A stretch of DNA of 64,000 nt from Candidatus Binatia bacterium (GCA_963666515.2 OY762897.2:1248001-1312000); one strand, 5' to 3'. Counted from the stretch's first letter, positions 53,480-64,000 are shown. Notes: a model not told the origin generated them from the sequence alone. Numbers and translations: made by a program.

Positions 53480-54865
53480 GTGGATATCCTCCTTCTCGTC
53501 ATAGGGATTGTCGCGGGCGGGCTGCTCGCCTGGATCGTTGCCCGGTCCCGGCACACCGCCGCGGCCCGGGAACTCGCGAGCCGGCAAGAGGAGTTACGGC
53601 AGGAACGCGGCCGCGTCGAGGAGGCGCAGACGAGAATCCGGCAGCTCTCGGAGGACAAGGCCCGGGCGGAGCAGCAGGCCGGCCGGGTTCAGGGGCTGGA
53701 AGTCGAGTTGAAGGAAGCCCGTGATGCGGGCCGGCGCGCGGAGCTTCAGGCCGCCACCCTGGCAAAGGAACGGGAAGCCGATGCGGAGAAGCTCCGCTGG
53801 GTGGAGCAGGCTGAAGGGAGACTCCGGGAGGTGTTTCAGGCCCTGGCCTCCCGTTCGCTCCAGGACAACACCGAGGGATTTCTCAAGCACACGCGGGAGC
53901 AGATGGGGCGCCTGTTGACGGAAGTGAGGGGTGACTGGGGCACGCACAAGGAGGAGTTGCGGAACCTCGTCGAGCCTCTCGGCAAGACCGTGAACGAGCT
54001 GGACCGGCAGGTGCAGCAGATGGAGCAGAAACGGGAAGGGGCGTACCAGGGAATCCAGGAACAGCTCCGGCAACTCGGCCCGCTGGTGCAGGCGTTGCGG
54101 GCGGCGCCTGACGCGCGCGGACGATGGGGAGAGCTTCAACTCCGCAGGGTGGTGGAGATGGCCGACCTGGTCGCCCACGTGGACTTCGAGGAACAGGCCG
54201 CGACCAACGAGGGCCGTCCGGACATGATCGTTCACCTGCCCAACCAGGGCATCCTGCCGGTGGACTCCAAGACCCCCATGCTGGCGTGGCTGAAGGCCCT
54301 GGAAGACGGCGACGGCGCAACCCGCGACGGCAGGCTGGAGGAGCACGCCGCGGCGATCCGCCGCCGCATCCGCGAACTCGGCCAGAAGCGCTACTGGGAA
54401 CAGTTCGACCGCGCCCCGGAGTTGGTGGTGATGTTCGTCGCCAACGATGCCTGCCTGAGCGCCGCCTTCGAGAAGTCCCCCGATCTCCTGGAGTACGCGA
54501 TGCAGCAAAAGGTGCTTCCCACCACCCCGGTGACTCTGCTGGCCCTGCTGAAGACGGTGGCCTATGGCTGGCAGCAACACAAGGTGGCGGAGAACGCCAG
54601 GGAGATCGCGGAACAGGGAAGGGTGCTCCATGATCGCTTGGGCAAGTTCGTGGAGCACTTCCAGCGCGCCGGGAGCGGGCTGGACAACGCCGTCAGGGCC
54701 TACAACGACGCCGTGGGGTCGCTGGACAGCCGCCTCCTGCCGGCCGCCCGGCGGCTCAAGGAGATGGGCGCGGCGAGCGCCGAGATCCCGGCTCCGCCCG
54801 CGGTGGACCAGGCTTTGCGCACCTCCGGACAGCTTGCGTTGACAGACCTCACCGATGAAGAATAA
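53480..54865 (+). CDS. rmuC: DNA recombination protein RmuC
   Basis: N-terminal TM, coiled coil, RGRWGE.QL, RPD.IV.LP, VDSK.P, TP.TLLALL. Confidence 0.92.
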   Translation: MDILLLVIGIVAGGLLAWIVARSRHTAAARELASRQEELRQERGRVEEAQTRIRQLSEDKARAEQQAGRVQGLEVELKEARDAGRRAELQAATLAKEREADAEKLRWVEQAEGRLREVFQALASRSLQDNTEGFLKHTREQMGRLLTEVRGDWGTHKEELRNLVEPLGKTVNELDRQVQQMEQKREGAYQGIQEQLRQLGPLVQALRAAPDARGRWGELQLRRVVEMADLVAHVDFEEQAATNEGRPDMIVHLPNQGILPVDSKTPMLAWLKALEDGDGATRDGRLEEHAAAIRRRIRELGQKRYWEQFDRAPELVVMFVANDACLSAAFEKSPDLLEYAMQQKVLPTTPVTLLALLKTVAYGWQQHKVAENAREIAEQGRVLHDRLGKFVEHFQRAGSGLDNAVRAYNDAVGSLDSRLLPAARRLKEMGAASAEIPAPPAVDQALRTSGQLALTDLTDEE

Positions 54866-56068
<1,203 letters not shown>

Positions 56069-56083
56069 GAACCTTCCAGGGCC

Positions 56084-58402
56084 ATGGAAGTCGTCGGCAA
56101 GCGCCGGAACCGCATCGAGGGGGTGGAGAAGGTCACCGGGGAGGCCAAGTTCTCGGGCGACCTGGACATACCCGGCGTCCTCGACGCCCGGGTGCTGCGC
56201 AGCACCTATCCCCATGCCCGCATCCGTGCCCTCGACGTGAGCGCGGCGCTCGACGTGCCGGGTGTGGTGGCCGTCCTGTCGAGGGACGACCTCCGGGACA
56301 TGGACCCGTACTACGGCCACTGCCTGCGGGATCGGCCCATCCTGGCCATGGAGCGGGTGCGCTACGTGGGCGAGCCCGTGGCCGCGGTGGCCGCCCGGGA
56401 CCGGCTGGCCGCGGAGGAAGCCGTGTCCCTCATCCGGGTCGAGTACGAAGAGCTTCCGCACGTCAACACCTTCGACGAAGCCCTGGCCGGCGACGCGCCG
56501 GTGCTGCACGAGAAGGCCGCCGGCTCGGGAGACTTCCACGACGTCAACCTGTCGGACGCCCGCGAGCACCCGAACATCTGCCATCACGAGCACATCGAGC
56601 TGGGCGACGTGGAGCGGGGCTTTGCCGAGTCGGACAAGATCTTCGAGGACGTGTTCCATTTTCCCATGGTGTGCCACTACTCCATGGAGCCCCACACCAC
56701 CACCGCCCGGTTCCAGGGCGGGCAGGTGACGCTGTGGTCCGCGTCCGCCCATCCCTTCCTCATCCGCTCCGAGCTGGCGCGACTCTTCGGCCTCTCCATG
56801 ACCGACGTCCAGGTGGTGGTGCCGTACGTCGGGGGCGCGTTCGGCGGCAAGTCCTATCTCAAGATCGAGCCCCTGGTGGTGGCGCTGGCGCGCAAGACCC
56901 AGGGGCAGCCGGTGCGTCTGGAACACTCCGTCACCGAGTCCATGCTGACGGCCCGTCGGCATTCCGCCCGCTGCCGGATCAAGACCGGGGTCAAGCGCGA
57001 CGGTGCCATCCTGGCGCGCGACGTCAGGATGCATCTCGACACCGGCGCCTACGCCGACAACGGCCCCCGCGTGGTGGCCCGGTCCGTGCTGCGGGTGCAC
57101 GGCGCCTACCGTTGCGCCAACTTCCGTTCCGACAGCTACGGCGTCTACACCAACTCGGTGCCGGCGGGCTCCATGCGCTCCATCGGCGGCCCCCAGTCGA
57201 TCTGGCCGGTGGAAGCCCAGATGGACCGCATCGCCGAGGCCCTGGGGCTGGACCCCGTGCGCTACCGCATGGAGCACCTGCTGGGCCGCAACGAGCAGAT
57301 CCGGCCGAATTCCCGGGGCGTGGACGGCGACCTGCGGGAGGGACTGAGCAAGGTGGCCGAGTCGATGCGGCAAGGAAGCCGGCCGGGCTCCGGCTCCATC
57401 GACGGCGACCCGCGGACGGTGCGGCAGGGTGCCGAGCCCGAAACGGCCGCCGGCGCCGGCTTCGCCGTGGGCATCACCGACAGCGAGGCCAACCCCGTGT
57501 CCACCGCCATCGTGCGCCTGCTGAGCGACGGCAACGTCGTGGTCATGGCCGGCAGCACCGAGGTGGGGCAGGGGGCGCGCACGGTGCTGAGCCAGATCGC
57601 CGCCGAGGAGCTGTGCGTCCCCTTCGAGCGGGTGATGCTGCGCGGCACCGATACCCACACCACCCCCTTCGACCGCTCCACCGGCGCCAGCCGCTCCACT
57701 ACGGTGATGGGAACCGCGGTGAAGTTCGCCGCCGCCGACGTCTGCCGCCAGATCCGCGCCATTGCCGCGGAACAGTTCGGCGTCGAGCCGGAGCGGGTGG
57801 TTCTCAAGGACGGGGCGGCCTGGTGCGGCGAGGCGCGGCGTGAGTACGCCGATGTGGTGGCCGGCTATTTCGGCATGCCCGGCGGCGAGCTGATCGGGCG
57901 CGGCTACGTCCGCGCCGGCGGCGGCATCTCGCCGATCCTGCCGATCTTCTGGGAAGTGGGCATCGGCGGAGCCGTGGTGGCCGTGGATGCCGATACCGGC
58001 CAGGTGACGCTCCAGCGCTATACCAGCGTGGCGGACGTGGGCAAGGCCATCAACCCGCGCCAAGCCGAGGGACAGGACGAGGGCGCCGCGGTCATGGCCA
58101 TGGGCCACACCCTGTTCGAGTCGCTGCTCTACGAGGACGGGCAGCCCCTCAACCCCAACCTGGTGGACTACCGGGTGCCTGCTTTCCGGGACGTGCCGCG
58201 CACCTTCGAGTCGAACCTGTTGGAGAACGGCGACGGCCCCGGACCCTACGGCGCCAAGGGAATGGGGGAGGGCGGCATCATCCCCGTAGCCCCCGCGGTC
58301 TGCAACGCCGTGGCCCAGGCCACCGGCGTGCGCATCCGCGAGCTTCCGCTGACGCCGGAACGCGTCTGGCGAGCCCTGCGCACCGCCGCCGATGATTCGT
58401 AG
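56084..58402 (+). CDS. xanthine dehydrogenase family molybdopterin-binding (large) subunit
   Basis: KVTG.A.F, RVRYVGEPVAAV, YVGGAFGGK, EVGQG, GPYGAKGMGE, R.RELP.TPE. Confidence 0.9.
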   Translation: MEVVGKRRNRIEGVEKVTGEAKFSGDLDIPGVLDARVLRSTYPHARIRALDVSAALDVPGVVAVLSRDDLRDMDPYYGHCLRDRPILAMERVRYVGEPVAAVAARDRLAAEEAVSLIRVEYEELPHVNTFDEALAGDAPVLHEKAAGSGDFHDVNLSDAREHPNICHHEHIELGDVERGFAESDKIFEDVFHFPMVCHYSMEPHTTTARFQGGQVTLWSASAHPFLIRSELARLFGLSMTDVQVVVPYVGGAFGGKSYLKIEPLVVALARKTQGQPVRLEHSVTESMLTARRHSARCRIKTGVKRDGAILARDVRMHLDTGAYADNGPRVVARSVLRVHGAYRCANFRSDSYGVYTNSVPAGSMRSIGGPQSIWPVEAQMDRIAEALGLDPVRYRMEHLLGRNEQIRPNSRGVDGDLREGLSKVAESMRQGSRPGSGSIDGDPRTVRQGAEPETAAGAGFAVGITDSEANPVSTAIVRLLSDGNVVVMAGSTEVGQGARTVLSQIAAEELCVPFERVMLRGTDTHTTPFDRSTGASRSTTVMGTAVKFAAADVCRQIRAIAAEQFGVEPERVVLKDGAAWCGEARREYADVVAGYFGMPGGELIGRGYVRAGGGISPILPIFWEVGIGGAVVAVDADTGQVTLQRYTSVADVGKAINPRQAEGQDEGAAVMAMGHTLFESLLYEDGQPLNPNLVDYRVPAFRDVPRTFESNLLENGDGPGPYGAKGMGEGGIIPVAPAVCNAVAQATGVRIRELPLTPERVWRALRTAADDS

Positions 58403-58458
58403 GGCAGGTCCCGAACCCGCCCGTGCCCGCGTCACTCCGAAACGTGAACCCGGCGCCC

Positions 58459-58749
58459 ATGCGATCCGCCATCGCCCTCATCTGGCTCAGCCTCTTCTGG
58501 ACCCTGCTCTGTTTCCTGTTCTACCGCGACCGGGAGGTGATCATCCAGGCGAGCCTGCCCGTGTGGATCGGCGCCGCGCTTGCCTGGATCGTCTACAGGG
58601 CCGTAACCGCAGCCGTCCCGCCAGGATGGTGGCGCCCGAGAGCCAAGCCGCCAAGGAAACGGGCCGCCTCGAAGTCGGCCTCCCGAGCCGGCGGCGCCCG
58701 CCGAACGGGCCGGACATCGGCGGCCAAGCCGCGTAAACGGTCGTCGTAG
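58459..58749 (+). CDS. hypothetical small membrane protein with basic C-terminal tail
   Basis: Two hydrophobic segments followed by a K/R/A/S-rich tail; host-like codon usage. Confidence 0.6.
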   Translation: MRSAIALIWLSLFWTLLCFLFYRDREVIIQASLPVWIGAALAWIVYRAVTAAVPPGWWRPRAKPPRKRAASKSASRAGGARRTGRTSAAKPRKRSS

Positions 58750-58761
58750 ACCCGCCTTTGC

Positions 58762-59223
58762 ATGCGGCGGGAGAAGCGCTATGATTTCCACATGACCATG
58801 ATGCTCTCCTTCGCCACGGCTGCCGACACGCACAATCTCCATACCCGCCAATGCGCAACGCGGCGCAAGCCGCTCTGTCATACGCAAAGTACTATCCGTC
58901 AGCGGAACGACGGCGACTTGAAGGTCCAGTCCGTGCCCTTCAGCAAGGCGAAGCTCTATCATCGGCCCAACTGGTTCACCTTACACGCCTTCCGCAAGAC
59001 CAGCGATCCGCACGACGTCATCAGCACGGATCGGAGGCAGAATCCGACACTCCTCACTGGCTCGCGCTGGACCTTCTATGCGACCTTCGCCAGCCTGCTG
59101 AGGGCGGCAGTGGTATTCGGCCTCCGTGACATCAAGCAGCTCCGTCAGCAGGTCCCTTCGCACGGTTATCACCGTGTGCGGATTGAACGGAATCCTGCGT
59201 CCGGCATGCTAGGGACAATCTGA
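58762..59223 (+). pseudogene. degenerate ORF or gene remnant of unknown origin
   Basis: Open frame with partly GC3-biased codons but no recognisable domain; sits at the compositional boundary. Confidence 0.25.
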
Positions 59224-59225
59224 CG

Positions 59226-60206
59226 ATGACAGATCTTCCCGCCGCCACCGTTGCCGCAGCGGATTTCTACGACAAGTACTACGACGCCGGCGCTGAGCCC
59301 ATCTTCCTTGAGCCTGGCATGAAGTTGATGCTGGGTAGCGCCGAGCGTCCCCGGCATTGCCGCTTCTGCGGGAAGGACGAGCCTGCGGTCACCTTTAAGG
59401 ACGAAGCGCACGCGCTGCCGGCTGCATTCGGTAATACAGGCCTGTTCAGCAACTACGAATGCGATGTCTGCAATCATGTCTTTGGTGAGGGCATCGAGAA
59501 CCATCTCGGTAACTGGACCAAGCCGATGCGCACCCTGTCCCGGATCAAGGGACGAAGTGGCGTGCCCACGATCAAGAAGCCCGGCCCTGAAGAGGGCTGG
59601 CGTGTCGAGTATTCCGCTACGGGCTTTCAACTGAGGGAATATGAAAACGAGCCGTTTTTTGAGATAGATAAGGAGGCCAAGCAACTCCGGTTCGAGCTAC
59701 ACCGGGACACCTACATTCCGGTAGCGGCGCTCAAAGGCCTAGTCAAAATCGGCCTGACCTTGATTCCTGACGTAGAGACTCAGCACTTCCGCGAAACCTA
59801 TATTTGGATTCGCGATACCGACCACTCGCGCAATTTCGTCGCCGAATTCCCGATATTCCGCACCTTCATCCCCGGGCCGATGCCGAATGATTTGATTGTG
59901 CTTGTGCTCATGCGGCGGCGAGCCGGCATCGACACGGTCCCCTACGCCTTCTTCACCTTCGCCTATGGAAACGAAGTATTGCAGGTTTTCTTGCCATCGA
60001 CCTCCCAGGACAAGTGTATTGATGGCAAGCCCCTGTCTCTCCCAGCCTTTCCGACGCCCGGTGCCCCTGATCCGGCCCGCCACGGCCAGCCGCGTGTAAT
60101 CGTCGAGCATCTGACCGGTCGGCAGCCGGTCAAAGGGGAGAAGGTGCCGGTTGTATTCCACTTCGACAATATCGTGAAAACGAAGTCCAAAAACGCTTTG
60201 GACTGA
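59226..60206 (+). CDS. HNH endonuclease with uncharacterised C-terminal domain
   Basis: CRFCG...EAHALP..FGN...ECDVCN..FG zinc-HNH motif; weaker GC3 bias than flanking core genes. Confidence 0.8.
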   Translation: MTDLPAATVAAADFYDKYYDAGAEPIFLEPGMKLMLGSAERPRHCRFCGKDEPAVTFKDEAHALPAAFGNTGLFSNYECDVCNHVFGEGIENHLGNWTKPMRTLSRIKGRSGVPTIKKPGPEEGWRVEYSATGFQLREYENEPFFEIDKEAKQLRFELHRDTYIPVAALKGLVKIGLTLIPDVETQHFRETYIWIRDTDHSRNFVAEFPIFRTFIPGPMPNDLIVLVLMRRRAGIDTVPYAFFTFAYGNEVLQVFLPSTSQDKCIDGKPLSLPAFPTPGAPDPARHGQPRVIVEHLTGRQPVKGEKVPVVFHFDNIVKTKSKNALD

Positions 60207-60434
60207 GCCTGATCGGAACTGTTCGGGCAGAGTCGCGAAGACCGCCGTCCAATCGATCATCGCGCCGCGCGGACCCCTGTTTGAATGCTCCGGCCTCGGA
60301 ACCACCCTGCCGGTACCTCTTGCCGGTCTTTCGCTGGGGAAGTTCGGGTTAATACCGCCACTAACCTGAACTTCGAGCGACGAGATATACTAACTTATTG
60401 ATTTGGAAGGGGAAAGGGGCGAAGGGGGTATGGG

Positions 60435-62174
60435 TTACTGAGTACGTTCGAGGCGCACCCCCAAGAGTTGGAAGATTTGAGCCTGGAGGGGGGTGGGGCG
60501 GGTAATGATGTCGAAGGGTTGAGAGTTGGCGAGTTGGGGAGCGACGACGCTGTTTATGGCGATGGTGGCCAGGTCGTCGAGCAGGGAGCGGAAGCTGTGC
60601 ACGGGCAGGCCGGTGGCTGTGATCTTGCGGTCGGCCTTGTCCTTGGCGGCGGGGGAGACCTGAGCGGGGGCGACCACGGAGGGGCGCAGGGCTTCAGCGG
60701 CTTGTGGATCGTGGTCGTCGAACAGCAGGGGCTTGAGGCGTTGGCGCATGTGCCACTCGACATAGTAGGCGAGCATGCACAGGAAGACGTGTGCACGGAC
60801 CCTGCGGGCGGCGTAGTGGAAGATGGGGCGTACCTTGAGGTCCACGGTCTTGTAGCTGCGGAAGGCTCGTTCCACCACACTCAGACTCTTGTAGGCGCCC
60901 ACCGTCTCCTGAGTATTCAACACCGCCGTGGGTACGCTGGTGCGGATGACGTAGAAGCCGTCAAGGGCGGCTTCCTGAGCGATGGCTTCGGCACGGCGTT
61001 CATAGGTCAAGACGCCGTCCTCCGAGACTGCGGTCTCGAAGTGCTTGCCGACCTTGTGCTGGCTCAGGACCTTGCCGAGGCGCTGCTGGATGCGGCCGGG
61101 GTCGGTCAAGCGGCGCTTCTCTCGGGTGGTGGCGGCGACGATGCGGTCGAGTTCCCGTTCGGTGGCCTGGAGCAAGGCTTCGCGCTTGCGCGCCCGCTCT
61201 TGGGCCAGCAGGGGATTGCGGCACACGATCAGGCGTTCTGCGGGATAGTCCTGGGATGTGATCTCGGCCAAGTGGCGCTGGTCGAACAGCGAGGGTTGCA
61301 AAGCCCCGTCTTCGGCCAGCCTGCGGATGGCCGGTGCGCGCAAGGCGCTGATCCAGTCCAACCCGGCGGGTTGCACTTCCTCGCGGATGCGCGCTGTGGT
61401 GAGCATGCCCCGGTCCCCCACCAGCACCACTCGGGAAAGGGCGAAGCGTCGGCGCAGCTTGTCGATCTGGGTGCTCAGGGTGGCGGGGTCTGCGGTGTGG
61501 CCCTCGAACACCTCCACCGCTACGGGACAGCCCTCTCGGTTGCACAACAGTCCGAAGACGATCTGAAGCTTGCCCCGTTTGCCGTCGCGGGAGTAGCCGT
61601 GCCGGGCCAGAGGACAGCGTCGGCCCTCGACGTAGCTTGAGGTCACGTCGTAGAGCACCAGGGAGCCTTCCTCAAGATGGCGCTTGGCCAGACGCTTCTC
61701 GATGGCCCCTTGGCGTTCCAACAGCCAGTCCATGGCCGCGTACAGGTCATCCTCGTTGCTGTCGTCCAGACCGAGGGTTGAGGCCAGCGAATCCCGAGCG
61801 GTTTCCCGAGCCAGGCCGCGGGCGGTGGCCAGCTTCGAGCCCGGGGCCAGGACACGGGCCACCACCAGGGCGAGGACGCGGTCCCGTTCGGGCGAGGGTT
61901 GGGGTGAGATGAGGCGGTCCAATTCCAGCTTGCGCACGGTGCCCAGGGTAGCGGCCACATGACCGTGGGGCAGGGAGCGGACGATGTCGAAGGTTTGTTC
62001 CGGGGCCGCCAGCGGCTCGTCCTTGAGCACCCGACGCAGGGCTTCTACCCTGGCCTGGGGCCATTTGGAGAGGTTGGCGAGGGTGCGGCTTTTGACTTTG
62101 CCGTTGTGGCGGTAGCTTTCCCGCAGCAGGATGGCCGGGGGCGAGTTGCGGTTGGGGACGGCGGTTACGTACAT
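60435..62174 (-). CDS. IS1634 family DDE transposase
   Basis: VPNRNSPPAILLRESYR, YDVTSSY.EG, GYSRD.K, VGDRGM, YK.L..VERAFR..K, HVFLCMLAY. Confidence 0.92.
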   Translation of the reverse strand: MYVTAVPNRNSPPAILLRESYRHNGKVKSRTLANLSKWPQARVEALRRVLKDEPLAAPEQTFDIVRSLPHGHVAATLGTVRKLELDRLISPQPSPERDRVLALVVARVLAPGSKLATARGLARETARDSLASTLGLDDSNEDDLYAAMDWLLERQGAIEKRLAKRHLEEGSLVLYDVTSSYVEGRRCPLARHGYSRDGKRGKLQIVFGLLCNREGCPVAVEVFEGHTADPATLSTQIDKLRRRFALSRVVLVGDRGMLTTARIREEVQPAGLDWISALRAPAIRRLAEDGALQPSLFDQRHLAEITSQDYPAERLIVCRNPLLAQERARKREALLQATERELDRIVAATTREKRRLTDPGRIQQRLGKVLSQHKVGKHFETAVSEDGVLTYERRAEAIAQEAALDGFYVIRTSVPTAVLNTQETVGAYKSLSVVERAFRSYKTVDLKVRPIFHYAARRVRAHVFLCMLAYYVEWHMRQRLKPLLFDDHDPQAAEALRPSVVAPAQVSPAAKDKADRKITATGLPVHSFRSLLDDLATIAINSVVAPQLANSQPFDIITRPTPLQAQIFQLLGVRLERTQ

Positions 62175-62181
62175 GCCTACT

Positions 62182-62210
62182 ATAATAGGCTGCAATCAGA
62201 ACTTTGTCAA
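62182..62210 (-). promoter_or_regulatory. transposase promoter, probably leaderless
   Basis: Minus strand TTGACA-17 nt-TATTAT-7 nt-ATG. Confidence 0.65.
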
Positions 62211-62387
62211 TAAATAAAACAACAAATGACTCACGCATCCCGCATTTACATGCCTACATATAAACCCCCTTTCTACCTCGTGCCTGTGATTCCCTTGCCT
62301 TTTCAATCACTTGGCTCCGCAGCTCGCGCTTGGTAAACAGGGAAGTTCAGTCTAACGGCCATCCCAACGCGGTGGCGTTGAATGTCT

Positions 62388-63998
62388 TCAGACAGATTGT
62401 TCGAGAGCAAACTCCGGGGCACCCGTAGCCGCGCAGGCAAGCACCGCGACGGCAATCTCATCGCGTTCGTGCGGGCTGATTGCAGCAATTCGTCCCATGG
62501 TGTCGCCCATGAAGGCAGCGGCCGGGGATGCCGCATCCACGTCGGGATTGTAGCGAGTGCGCCACGCTGCCACGCCGGACTGATTGTACTCGTGGGATAC
62601 CGCCAAGATGTGAAGAAAATCGGTCTCCATGGCTGCCTCGGGGAACTGGGCCGCCAACTGTTTCCAACTATCGGGACTCGCCGACTCTTGCCAATACCTG
62701 CAGGCGTTCCACGCCCAAGCGTGTGGAGGACACTCCGGTGTGCTGTTCAGCATAAGCCATTGCGAATAGAAGCCAGCCAACGGATCACCTCTCCGGGTTT
62801 CCTCTCTAATAAGGTCCGTCGGTGCAACACCCCCTTGGGCCTTGGCGATTCGAGCGCGACTGAACTCGCCGCCGAGACGGCCGCGACGAAAAAGTTCGGT
62901 CAGGGCGGCGGGGGGAGGCACCGACGAGTGACCGCCATCAGTTGTGGCCGGAACCTCATTCTCGCGGCCTGCGTCGGAGGTATCGTCGTCCGAGGCATAT
63001 TGCAGGCCGCTACGCATCCGGTCGAGAAATTCCCTGGCTTTCAGGCTTTCAGGTTCTTTTTCCAGGAATTCAACCAGCAACGCCTTGGCGTCTCCCGGGC
63101 GGTCGCGCAAGACCAGTAGTCGGGCCATGGCTACCCGCGAGTGCTCGTTGCCTGGATCTCTATCCATCGCTTGCTGCAGCCAGTACCCTGCCTCGTCCCA
63201 ATAGTACTCTCCTCGGCGGATCAGCAGACGCCCCAGTTCCACCCGGGCATGCAAGTCATTCGGAAACAGCCGTAGAATCTCGCGCAACGTCGATTCGTGC
63301 GCGTCGCGGTGGCCCTGGGCGCGAAACCAGTCCGCCCAAAGCATCCAGCAATAGAAGTTCGCTGGCTCCCAGACAAGGGCTCGTTCAATCATGACTCCAA
63401 ATCGAACCATCTCGGCCTGACCGAGCTTATGATGTTCCAGCAGGCTGCTACCGAGGTTGTGCAGAGTACGGACGAAAAAATGGCTTATGCCGGTGGCCTC
63501 GGCATAAACGTGGTTCTGCTCTAACAGCTCGAACAGGCGCCTGGCCAGAGTTTCCGGTTGATGGCTTGAGTTAAGGATTTCTGCCTTCAGACCGGCCCAC
63601 TGTTCCTGTGATGCTGGCGCCGGCGTTGGCGTCTGGGTGCGTTTGGAATGCTGAGGCTTGGTCACCACTCCCGATCGCAAGACGTCAACCAACTCGCTTG
63701 CCAGTTGTTCCCGCGTAATGTGTTCCTTCGTATGTACTACGAAGCCGTCCAGTGCCCCCGTCAGGATACGGTCCCAATATTGGGGGCCACGTGGATAGTG
63801 CCCGCGCAGGGCGGCAAAATGGCGATTGAAGAAGGTGTGCGCGGCGCCGACCTCGTGGCAAATCTGGACGGCGTGGCGCAACAGCGCCTGCAGCATCAGC
63901 GTCTGGTTGGCCTGCGCGTTGTGTTGATTGGGCAATAATCGTAGCCCAGCCAGGGACACGGTCAAATACTCGGGTCGAGGATCTGTGGCGAGCCGCAA
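62388..63998 (-). CDS. 5'-truncated large helical protein with TPR repeats
   Basis: 536-codon ORF open to the window end; TPR-like units (ERALVWEPAN.YCW..WA, LREILRLFPND.HARVELGRLL, LQQAMDRDPGN.HSRVAMARLL). Confidence 0.7.
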   Translation of the reverse strand: MRLATDPRPEYLTVSLAGLRLLPNQHNAQANQTLMLQALLRHAVQICHEVGAAHTFFNRHFAALRGHYPRGPQYWDRILTGALDGFVVHTKEHITREQLASELVDVLRSGVVTKPQHSKRTQTPTPAPASQEQWAGLKAEILNSSHQPETLARRLFELLEQNHVYAEATGISHFFVRTLHNLGSSLLEHHKLGQAEMVRFGVMIERALVWEPANFYCWMLWADWFRAQGHRDAHESTLREILRLFPNDLHARVELGRLLIRRGEYYWDEAGYWLQQAMDRDPGNEHSRVAMARLLVLRDRPGDAKALLVEFLEKEPESLKAREFLDRMRSGLQYASDDDTSDAGRENEVPATTDGGHSSVPPPAALTELFRRGRLGGEFSRARIAKAQGGVAPTDLIREETRRGDPLAGFYSQWLMLNSTPECPPHAWAWNACRYWQESASPDSWKQLAAQFPEAAMETDFLHILAVSHEYNQSGVAAWRTRYNPDVDAASPAAAFMGDTMGRIAAISPHERDEIAVAVLACAATGAPEFALEQSV

Positions 63999-64000
63999 CC

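Larger units (their letters stand above)
60361..62355 (-). mobile_element. IS1634 family insertion sequence
   Basis: Imperfect TIRs CTAACCTGAACTTC (60361-74) and GAAGTTCAGTCTAA (62342-55); flanks CCGCCA and CGGCCA form a near-TSD; encloses an intact transposase. Confidence 0.85.

Noticed and set aside
56084-58402. Aerobic CO dehydrogenase CoxL
   Set aside because: Lacks the AYxCSFR (form I) or AYxGAGR (form II) loop; no coxM/coxS nearby

Overview
High-GC bacterial chromosome segment. Gene order and content (DUF1844, carD, lpxI-Gfo/Idh/MocA-lpxB, RRM proteins, amidohydrolases, a lone Mo-hydroxylase large subunit) suggest a diderm of deltaproteobacterial or Binatia type; this taxonomy is inference only. 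Positions ~1-58.4 kb are mostly core genes: rimI, carD, ispD, tRNA-Glu, cysK, degQ, PBP1b plus a TPR lipoprotein, tsaD, rsmA, mutM, lhgO, uvrBC, comEC, hisS, aspS, def, a Rrf2-sufBCDSUT cluster, lysS, lolE/D, bamA, skp, a lipid A/Kdo cluster, infA, rpiA, rmuC and frmA. A RES-Xre toxin-antitoxin pair and three families of REP-like palindromes are interspersed. From ~58.75 kb the DNA looks accessory: a degenerate ORF, a stand-alone HNH nuclease, a complete IS1634-family element next to an orphan inverted-repeat end, and a TPR protein cut by the window edge. The most interesting points are a lipid A cluster lacking lpxA at its usual position but carrying a GnnA-like oxidoreductase, an LpoP-like lipoprotein behind PBP1b, an anti-SD structured leader on an RRM gene, and the possible defence-island edge. 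No CRISPR array, rRNA or integrase was seen. I cannot claim a proven new system from sequence alone.
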